Assembly (NCBI GenBank): GCA_031367625.1
Contig: JANLQE010000372.1
Coordinates: 1-56,318 of the forward strand
Length of the DNA stretch: 56,318 nucleotides
Direction of reading: 5' to 3'
From: Bacteroidota bacterium
GTDB lineage: Bacteria; Bacteroidota; Bacteroidia; Chitinophagales; Chitinophagaceae
The notes beneath the pieces are model-generated. The model had not been told where the DNA came from. It saw only the letters and a program-made list of their open reading frames with translations, and made no database searches. Every line of letters starts with the position of its first letter. Position 1 is the first letter of the stretch. The position numbers and the translations under genes are program-made. Shown piece after piece: positions 38,337-46,500 of this stretch.

Positions 38337-39086
38337 TTAATTCATTTTCTTCTTCAGTGTGCTTACCTGATCCTGTAAATTATTTACAAGATTTGCCAGG
38401 GCATTTACATCCCAGCGTTGCTGCTGTGCTATCTTTCCTATTACTACCTGGGCCTGCCAAAGTTCTAAAATATCTTCTGCATTTACCTGGTAGGGTTGAT
38501 AGGCAGGATTATCGCTCACTAAAGAAACTTTTTTACTTCTGTTGCTTTTTACCACCCGCTTATAAACAATACCTTCATTGCGGCTTACAACAATATAGGC
38601 AATGTTGTTTTTCACTTCCTCTACATTTTCTATTTTCTCGCCAACAATAATACTGCCGCTGGGCGTGGGCATCATACTATCCCCTATTATTTCGAAAGCA
38701 CGGTAATTGCCACCGCTCAGCATAGGTAATGTGAAGGTATTCAGTTCATCAATAAACTCATTATCTGCATAGCCTGCCAGGTAACCTGCAGCCGCTTTTA
38801 CCGGAACAAAATGAATGATATTCCTGTCGGCCGTCATCATTTTTTGCTGCCTGCGTTTTTGCAAATAACTACCGGAGTGGTTATTAAGATCTTTAAGCAG
38901 CAATTCATCTAAACTGAGTTTAAAAATATCTGCAACAATTTCCAATACATCCAATCTTGGGTCGGCTCTTTCTTCTTCATAAGCGCCTACCAGGGAGCGT
39001 TTGATGCGCAATTTATTTGCAAATTCTTCCTGTGTCCATCCACGCAATTTGCGCAGGTATTTCAAATTTAATCCGGCTACTGACAT
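38337..39086 (-). CDS. XRE-HTH plus S24 peptidase repressor (non-canonical Bacteroidota LexA-like)
   Basis: NLKYLRK..WTQEEFA..YEEERA HTH, AAAGY Ala-Gly cleavage site, GDSM (Ser), YKRV (Lys). Confidence 0.9.
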   Translation of the reverse strand: MSVAGLNLKYLRKLRGWTQEEFANKLRIKRSLVGAYEEERADPRLDVLEIVADIFKLSLDELLLKDLNNHSGSYLQKRRQQKMMTADRNIIHFVPVKAAAGYLAGYADNEFIDELNTFTLPMLSGGNYRAFEIIGDSMMPTPSGSIIVGEKIENVEEVKNNIAYIVVSRNEGIVYKRVVKSNRSKKVSLVSDNPAYQPYQVNAEDILELWQAQVVIGKIAQQQRWDVNALANLVNNLQDQVSTLKKKMN

Positions 39087-39090
39087 GATA

Positions 39091-39128
39091 ACTAATTTGA
39101 TTAGTACAAATATACTAAATAGTTTAGT
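39091..39128 (-). promoter_or_regulatory. Two ACTAA-N5-TTAGT operators flanking the -7 promoter box of the LexA-like gene
   Basis: ACTAATTTGATTAGT (39091-39105) and ACTAAATAGTTTAGT (39114-39128); minus-strand TATATTTG at 39107-39114. Confidence 0.85.
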
Positions 39129-39146
39129 TTATCCAAATTTATTTTT

Positions 39147-39190
39147 ATAGATTCACGGATAAAGCTGATTGAACGGATTGTGACAGATTT
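39147..39190. repeat. Intergenic CACGGAT-type repeat
   Basis: ATAGATTCACGGATAAAGCTGATTG matches 52858-52882 at 23/25; GATT/GGAT recurs at roughly 9-nt spacing. Confidence 0.65.
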
Positions 39191-39347
39191 AATTATATGG
39201 AAATATAGAAAACAACGGAATAAAAGCGGGCAGACGCCTTATAAAATTTTTTATTTTGAGGGTAATTTTAAAGTACAATTAATAAGAAATATTCTGTTAT
39301 TAGCATTTAAGCGGTGGACTACTTATTTTTGCCGTAAATATTTTTAT

Positions 39348-39812
39348 ATGCAAACAGTATTAGTACTACATAATGTTTTAAGATGGGGGGTTTTATTATT
39401 TGGGCTATGGGCAGTAGTGAATGCACTTACGGGCGTAATGAGTAAGAGAATATACAGTGCCGATGATAACAGGAGCGGACTGTTATTTATGATTTTTTGC
39501 GATATACAATTGCTGATTGGATTGATGCTTTATTTTAGCAATGCCTGGTTTGACAAAATAAAGGCAGGTTTGGGGCCGGTAATGAAAAATGGATACGACC
39601 GGTTTTTTACTGTAGAACATTCAGGTATGATGATACTTGCGTGGATACTGGTACATATTGGAAGATCGTCAGTAAAAAGAGCAGTAACAGATTCTGCCAA
39701 ACATAAGAAAATGCTGGTATTTTTCGGCCTGGCCTTCCTTATCATCATTGCCTCTATCCCATGGCCATTCCGTACAGAAATAGCAAGACCATTATTCCGA
39801 TGGTTTAATTAA
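39348..39812 (+). CDS. Conserved 4-TM membrane protein with His residues (cytochrome-b-like; start revised to ATG 39348)
   Basis: LHNVLRW, IQLLIG, RFFTVEH, LVHIG, IPWPFR; TATTTTTG promoter at 39324-39331. Confidence 0.75.
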   Translation: MQTVLVLHNVLRWGVLLFGLWAVVNALTGVMSKRIYSADDNRSGLLFMIFCDIQLLIGLMLYFSNAWFDKIKAGLGPVMKNGYDRFFTVEHSGMMILAWILVHIGRSSVKRAVTDSAKHKKMLVFFGLAFLIIIASIPWPFRTEIARPLFRWFN

Positions 39813-39837
39813 TAAATTTTAAGAAGAAAAAATTATA

Positions 39838-40620
39838 ATGGCGAAAGCGAAAGAAAAGCCTGTCATCCTTATTACAAACGATGATGATATAACGAGTAAG
39901 GGCATACGAAGCCTTGTAGAGGCGGTAAAAGATTTGGGTACGGTGGTAGTGGTAGCACCAGACAGGCCTCAAAGCGGTATGGGTCATGCCATCACTATTG
40001 GCTCTCCCCTGCGCATGAACAAAATGAATATTTTTGGTGATATTGAAGCCTGGCAAACAAGTGGCACACCGGTAGATTGTGTAAAACTTGCGGTAGATAA
40101 AATACTGCACCGCAAGCCGGATATTTGCCTGAGCGGCATTAACCACGGCGCCAATCATTCTATAAACGTTATTTACAGCGGCACTATGTCGGCTGCTATG
40201 GAGGCTTCTATTGAGGGCATTCCCAGCATTGGTTTTTCTTTATTAGACTATGGCTACGATGCTGATTTTACTGCATCTAAAGAAGTAGTAAAAAAGATGG
40301 TAACCCAGGTATTGCAAAAAAAATTAGACAAACATTTGCTATTGAATGTAAACATACCTGCATTACCGCCAGGCAAAATAAAAGGCATTAAAATATGCAA
40401 ACAGGCCTATGCTAAATACGAAGAAGATTTTAGTGAACGGCTGGACCCTCATGGCAAAAAATATTACTGGCTCACCGGTGCTTTTAAAAATTTTGATAAA
40501 TCAAAAGATACCGATGTATGGGCGCTGCAGCACAATTTTGTGAGCGTGGTGCCGGTACAGTTTGACCTTACCAATTACACTTTAAAAACCCAGTTAGAAA
40601 AAAGTAAATTATTTCAATGA
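39838..40620 (+). CDS. surE: 5'/3'-nucleotidase SurE
   Basis: ILITNDD, VVAPDRPQSG, GTPVDCV, SGINHGAN, YSGT. Confidence 0.96.
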   Translation: MAKAKEKPVILITNDDDITSKGIRSLVEAVKDLGTVVVVAPDRPQSGMGHAITIGSPLRMNKMNIFGDIEAWQTSGTPVDCVKLAVDKILHRKPDICLSGINHGANHSINVIYSGTMSAAMEASIEGIPSIGFSLLDYGYDADFTASKEVVKKMVTQVLQKKLDKHLLLNVNIPALPPGKIKGIKICKQAYAKYEEDFSERLDPHGKKYYWLTGAFKNFDKSKDTDVWALQHNFVSVVPVQFDLTNYTLKTQLEKSKLFQ

Positions 40621-40919
40621 TATTTAAAAAAGACAATTTTGTATTTGGCTGCATTTTAGGAATTACCGGCCCGCTCGCAGGGTTGCTTATATTTAAATTT
40701 TACAAATTTGGGAGCCTGAGTTTTAAAGAAGTATTTCAATTCATTTATTACCAGCCAGGCCACGGCATTATGACTGCGGGGCTAAGTTTTTCATTGATGA
40801 TAAATGCAATTTTCTTTACTATTTATATTAATGGCCACAGAGATAAAACTGCAAAAGGAATTTTTATTATAACTGTTCTCTATGGTGCTGTAATACTTCT
40901 TATAAAATATCTAAGTTGA
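40617..40919 (+). CDS. Small membrane protein
   Basis: Three hydrophobic segments; ATGA-coupled to surE. Confidence 0.75.
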   Translation: MIFKKDNFVFGCILGITGPLAGLLIFKFYKFGSLSFKEVFQFIYYQPGHGIMTAGLSFSLMINAIFFTIYINGHRDKTAKGIFIITVLYGAVILLIKYLS

Positions 40920-40985
40920 TTTTCTTTAACCTTGCATTAATGATTTATTGGCAGTATATTAACACTCAGTATTCATAAACCGTAT

Positions 40986-41078
40986 TAGCTTTGTACAACA
41001 ATAATAAAATAAGAATTTCTCATAAGCAGTTAGTTTTGGTAAAACGGAGCCCTTAATCTTAGGGGCTCCTCTTTTTTT
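40986..41078 (+). ncRNA. Candidate ~75-nt sRNA with its own -7 box and terminator
   Basis: TAGCTTTG at 40986-40993, no ATG downstream of it, hairpin GGAGCCCTTAA-TC-TTAGGGGCTCC (41046-41069) plus T-run. Confidence 0.35.
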
Positions 41079-42042
41079 ATTCAGGAGGAAACAAACTATT
41101 TACAAATTGCTGTTTATTAAACACCAGCAGGTCAGTTACCTTTTCTCCAACGCCTATAAATTTTACCGGAATTTTAAATTGACTGGCAATGGCCAGCACT
41201 ACACCACCTTTTGCGGTTCCATCTAATTTAGTTATGGTTATTGCGGTTACATCTGTTGCTGCAGTAAAATGTTTTGCCTGCTCCAATGCATTTTGGCCGG
41301 TACTCCCATCCAGCACAAGCATTACCTCATGTGGCGCTTCGGGAATTACTTTTTGTATAACCCTTTTTATTTTGGTCAGCTCATCCATCAGGTGCAGTTT
41401 GTTGTGTAACCTGCCGGCGGTATCAATTATTATCACATCTGAATTTCGGGCTACCCCGCTTATTACGGTATCATAAGCAACAGAAGCAGGATCGCTGCCC
41501 ATTTCCTTTTTTACAATTGGCGTATTGGTTCTTTCGCTCCAGATGGTAAGCTGCTCCACTGCTGCAGCCCGAAAAGTATCTGCTGCTCCCAACAAAACCG
41601 ATTTGCCTGCCTGGGAAAAATTGTGAGCCAGTTTACCTATGGTGGTGGTTTTGCCAACACCATTTACGCCTACTACCAAAATAATATGGGGCTTATGCCC
41701 TTTAGGTAATTGGTAATTTTCATAACTGCTGTCCTGAGGGGCGGCTACTAAAATATTTTCTATCTCCTGTTTTAAAATACCATTCAGTTCGGCAGTATTC
41801 AGGTATTTATCTTTGGCTACTCTTTTTTCTATCTTTTCTATAATTTTCACTGTGGTTTCTATGCCCACATCAGCACTCACCAGGGCATCTTCCAGGTTGT
41901 CCAGCACTTCTTCATCTACCGTGGTTTTGCCGGCAATGGCTTTGGTAATTTTGCCCAAAAAGCCTTCCCGTGTTTTTTGCAGTCCCTGGTCTATTGTTTC
42001 CTGCTGCTGTTTTTTTCCAAATAATTTATCAAAGATGCCCAT
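41077..42042 (-). CDS. ftsY: Signal recognition particle receptor
   Basis: GVNGVGKTTT, DTFRAAA, DTAGR, TKLDGTAKGG, GVGE. Confidence 0.97.
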   Translation of the reverse strand: MGIFDKLFGKKQQQETIDQGLQKTREGFLGKITKAIAGKTTVDEEVLDNLEDALVSADVGIETTVKIIEKIEKRVAKDKYLNTAELNGILKQEIENILVAAPQDSSYENYQLPKGHKPHIILVVGVNGVGKTTTIGKLAHNFSQAGKSVLLGAADTFRAAAVEQLTIWSERTNTPIVKKEMGSDPASVAYDTVISGVARNSDVIIIDTAGRLHNKLHLMDELTKIKRVIQKVIPEAPHEVMLVLDGSTGQNALEQAKHFTAATDVTAITITKLDGTAKGGVVLAIASQFKIPVKFIGVGEKVTDLLVFNKQQFVNSLFPPE

Positions 42043-42057
42043 GGTAAAATAATTTGT

Positions 42058-42090
42058 ACCTCACCCCAACCCTCTCCAAAGGAGAAGGAG
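42058..42090 (+). repeat. REP-like element CCTCACCCC..CCCTCTCC..GGAGA(G/A)GG
   Basis: Family copies at 51311-51348 (minus), 52724-52760 and 52792-52828. Confidence 0.75.
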
Positions 42091-42163
42091 TTAGATAGTG
42101 TAAAATAAAGAAAGCCTCCTGATAAATCGGGAAGCTTGCCTATAAATAGTTTAGATGCATATC

Positions 42164-42334
42164 TTAGTTTCCTAAGTGCTCTTTAATTTTATCTTTGTGT
42201 ACGATTGCTTCTTTAAAAGTATAAGCGCCTGTTTTAGGGCTGCGAAGCGTACGTATAACTTTAGTCCAGTTTTTAGCATCTGCTGCTGCTTTCTGATCTT
42301 TAGTTTTTATCGCGGTTTTAGCTGCTTTTGCCAT
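42164..42334 (-). CDS. DUF4295 family small protein, 56 aa (below ORF-track cutoff)
   Basis: MAKAAKTAIKTKDQKAAADAKNWTKVIRTLRSPKTGAYTFKEAIVHKDKIKEHLGN; sits between rpmG and ftsY. Confidence 0.88.
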   Translation of the reverse strand: MAKAAKTAIKTKDQKAAADAKNWTKVIRTLRSPKTGAYTFKEAIVHKDKIKEHLGN

Positions 42335-42406
42335 TGTATTAATTTGATAAGGTGATTATATGCCAATCTGCTAATGCAATTCGTAATCAGCAAACCAGCA
42401 AATTGT

Positions 42407-42589
42407 TTACTTGATTTCTTTATGAACAGTAACTTTTTTAAGAATTGGGTTAAACTTTTTTAACTCCAAACGCTCGGGAGTATTTTTTTTGTTTTTGGTA
42501 GAGATATACCTGCTTGTACCCGGCTGACCACTTGTCTTATGCTCTGTACATTCCAGAATTACCTGCACCCTGTTTCCTTTCTTTGCCAT
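42407..42589 (-). CDS. rpmG: 50S ribosomal protein L33
   Basis: [18 protein letters not shown]...[14 protein letters not shown]...HKEIK. Confidence 0.97.
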   Translation of the reverse strand: MAKKGNRVQVILECTEHKTSGQPGTSRYISTKNKKNTPERLELKKFNPILKKVTVHKEIK

Positions 42590-42615
42590 TGTATTATATT
42601 TTTAAAAAACGCTGA

Positions 42616-42852
42616 TTAGATTTTAGAGCCTGCAGCACGCATTTGCTTTACTACTGCATACAAACCATTTTTATTAATGGTTCTGATAGCTTCTGAAGAT
42701 ACTTTAATGGTTACCCATTTATCTTCTTCTGCTAAAAAATAACGCTTGGTTTGTAAATTTGGTAAAAACCTGCGCTTTGTTTTTATATTGGAATGAGATA
42801 CCTTATTACCGGTAATCGGTCTCTTTCCTGTAAGTTCACATACTCTTGCCAT
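42616..42852 (-). CDS. rpmB: 50S ribosomal protein L28
   Basis: MARVCELTGK...GNKVSHSNIKTKRRFLPNLQ; TACTTTTG -7 box at 42872-42879. Confidence 0.97.
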   Translation of the reverse strand: MARVCELTGKRPITGNKVSHSNIKTKRRFLPNLQTKRYFLAEEDKWVTIKVSSEAIRTINKNGLYAVVKQMRAAGSKI

Positions 42853-42988
42853 GTCCTAAAATTTTGGACGGCAAAAGTAATGATTTTTACTTTATAAATG
42901 CCGATTAATATCCAATTATTTTATAAAAAATACTACCGGCAAGCGGCTATCTTTTAATTTTCATGCAAATTACACTTAAATATTTTTT

Positions 42989-43405
42989 ATGAATACTCAT
43001 TTTGTAACTACCGCATTTACAAGCGGCATGGCATTTAATGCCGTTATTAATAACCATCCTGTGGTAATGGACACAGCAAGCGAAGAGGGAGGACAGGATA
43101 CAGGCCCAAGCCCTAAAAGACTTATGCTGGCTTCTCTTGCAGGATGCACAGGAATGGATATTGTATCTATTTTAAATAAAATGAAAGTGTCTTTCAGCGA
43201 TTTCAGTATTGATACCAATGCTGTAGTTGCCGAAGAATATCCTAAAATATACAACTACGTAAAGCTTACTTACAAAATAAAGCTGGCAGCAGCAGATAAA
43301 CCCAAAATGCTAAAAGCCTTAAACCTATCGCAGCAAAAATACTGCAGCGTGAGTGCCATGTTCAGGGCTTTTGCAAAACTGGAAACGGAGATTATTTATT
43401 TGTGA
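42989..43405 (+). CDS. OsmC family protein
   Basis: GPSPKRLMLASLAGCTGMD and SQQKYCSVS Cys pair. Confidence 0.92.
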   Translation: MNTHFVTTAFTSGMAFNAVINNHPVVMDTASEEGGQDTGPSPKRLMLASLAGCTGMDIVSILNKMKVSFSDFSIDTNAVVAEEYPKIYNYVKLTYKIKLAAADKPKMLKALNLSQQKYCSVSAMFRAFAKLETEIIYL

Positions 43406-43561
43406 TTCCTTGTCGCTGGATGGTGGAGACACCAGCCAAGGCGGGCAAAATTAATGCAGAAGCCTCCGGGGTTTAATATAATGTGTTTGCCTTGAGATAT
43501 ATACTCAATATTAGTCATTAAATAAAAATATCTTAATGTTGCTTATCTAACTAACTGCCCC

Positions 43562-46500
43562 ATGAAGAAATTTGTACCAAAATCTTTATGCTTCCTGATC
43601 TTGCTGTTTAATTGTTGTTTGCTTCATGCACAGCTAAATGCTGATTTTGTAATGAGTACCAATGGAGGCTGCACACCCTTAAAAATTACTTTCAGCAATG
43701 CTTCAACCGGAACATCTTCCGGCACCACTTACAAATGGGATTTTGGCAACAGCAATACATCCGTTCTCTTAAATGCATCATCCGTTTATTTTACTGAAGG
43801 CAAATACACGGTTACTTTAACGGCTAATGACGGCACTAAAACTTCTGTTAGGAATAAAGAAATTTCTGTATATAAAAAGCCTGTAGCCGATTTTACCTGG
43901 TCATCTTCAAAAGGCTGTTCACCACTTACCATAAACTTCAGCAGTACCTCTGTAGCCGGTGATGGAAGCCTTACCAATTATTATTGGGATTTTGGCGATG
44001 GCAGTACCCAGCAGAGCTTTGGCCCAACCATCAGCCACGTATATCTGATACCACAAAAAGCTACTGTTACTTTAACGGCGGTAAATCAGTATGGCTGCTA
44101 TAATACCATTACTAAAAATGACATCATTGAAGTGCTGGAACCACTTATTCCGGCTTTTAGTGTTGATAAAGCCATTCTTTGCCGCATCAGCGATACCGTA
44201 CGTTTTACTAATACCAGCAAAGGGCCTGGCACACTCAGTTATCTCTGGGATTTTGGTGATGGTAACAGCTCCACAGTAATTAATCCTAAATATGTTTTTA
44301 ATAAAAAAGGATATTATACCATCAAACTTACGGTAACAAGTTCCGAGGGCTGCATCAACAGCATTGTGCAAAATAATTATATTAATGTGGCAGATTTTAA
44401 ATCGGATTTTAATCTGCCGCCAGATATCTGCCAGAATAATTCCCTGTTAATCACCAATCAAAGTACTCCCAATCCTTCTCAAACGGTTTGGAATATGGGC
44501 GATGGCAATTTGAACTACTACTCCTATCCGTTTAATTATTCTTATAACCAGCCGGGTAATTATACCGTTAAACTTATCAATACATTTGGAACCTGCATTG
44601 ATTCTGTATCAAAAAATATAAGAATAAAACCTTACCCTGCTCTTAACGGATTTATTAATGAAATAACATCTGTTTGCGGTGCCCCTGTACTGGTAAAATT
44701 TAAAGATACTTCTGCTACAGCAGTAAAATGGGAATGGGATTTCAGTTATGATTATTACAATTCTAAAATCAGTTCCACCATTCAGGCGCCTTCTTATACT
44801 TATACCAGTGATGGATATTATAACACCCGGCTTAAAGTGGAAAATGCAGAGGGGTGCAGCAACAGCATTATAAAATCAATCCAGATAACCCGGCCCTGGG
44901 TAAATATATTTTACACTGCTTCAACCAGCAACCTTGGTACAAATTCCTGTGGGCCGGTTACCATCAGCTTTGCATCTAATTCTTCTGAACAAATTGTAAA
45001 GTATGACTGGATTTTTTCTGATGGAAGCAATTCAACTGATGCCACACCAACACATACATTTACCAATAAAGGAAGTACCGTTATAAGACTTAATTATACC
45101 ACAGTTAATGGATGTACAGGAACGGCTAATTTTTATACCTCTGTAAATGTTTATGAAAAACCGGTGGCAGATTTTACCTCTTTGTCCGGAACAAAAATTT
45201 GTGGAAATTCTGTAGTTGAATTTCAAAGTACTTCCACAGGAAATATTAACTATCATTACTGGGTGATTGATGGAAGATACGCAGGGAACAGTTATTATAA
45301 CCGCTTTAGCTACCAGTTTTATACAGCAGGTAAGCATACAATACAATTAATTGTTTGGAATGATGGCTGCCGTGATACCATGACCAAGGTAGATTATATA
45401 GAAGTGTTTCCTCCATTTGCCAAAATAAATGGGGTGCAAAATACCTGTGATGGAAACAGGGATGTATTAACTTTTACAGATGGATCAAAAGATGCAACGG
45501 CCTGGCAATGGAACTTTGGAGATAATATTACCGCCACCTATACAACCGCTCAGCCATCTATTACGCATACTTATACCAATACAGGATCTTATAAAATAGT
45601 ACTTGCCGTAACCAATGGAAGTTGCACCGTAAAAGATTCATCAGTGGCTTATGTATGGCTAAAACAAAAACCTTTGCTTACTGCGGTTAAAACTTCACTA
45701 TGCAGTGAAGAAGGATTGAATTATACGCTTTCAAACCTTGAGAAAACACCCTATCCCGGTATTTGGGCCAGCTATTTTTTCGATAAGTTTGAATATGGAG
45801 ACGGTACCCGTTTTATGGGTACCAATTCTACTTATGATAATATTGTAAACCCTATTCCCTACAGTGGGCAGTTAAATTATTTTGAAAAAAATAAAGATAA
45901 ATTAAGGGTGATCATTAGGAATGGATATTTGGGATGCGCTGATACCAGCAATTATATACCCCTCACTATTAACGGAGCAACGGCGGGTTTTGAAGTAACC
46001 ACTGATAAGATTTGTTTTAAGTCGCCGGTATTATTCAGAGATACCTCTACCTCAACAGCAGGCAATGCTATACTATCCTGGCAATGGAATTTCGGCGATG
46101 GAAATGTGCAGACATTTGCGCAGGGAGGAGCGGTAAGCCATTTATATGCTAACCCCGGTGGCTATTATGTAACTTTAAAAGTAACCGATGCCAGCGGCTG
46201 TACATCCAGTACATCTACCTATAGTAAGTATGTGCAGGTAAATGGCCCTAAAGCTGCTTTCAATACTTCCGGCACCAATGTGCCCCTTAATACTACAGTA
46301 TATTTTTACAATAATACCAATGCGTACGGCAGCAGCAATACCCAATACCAATGGGATTTTGGCGATGGCAACAGCAGTAATGTTTATTACCCTTCAAACA
46401 TTTATACCAGGGCCGGCACTTATACCATTCGTTTAATTACTACCGATATTGTTTCGGGTTGCAGTTCAGAAGCCATACAAACTATCACCGTACGCAATTT

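Noticed and set aside
37754-39086. Prophage remnant (CI-like repressor plus ssb)
   Set aside because: No integrase, structural or replication genes, flanks are housekeeping, and the operators fit a host LexA-like regulator.
43408-43443. Hairpin after osmC as an ncRNA
   Set aside because: Short single GAGA-loop hairpin with no promoter or U-tail; at most a REP-like unit, single copy here.
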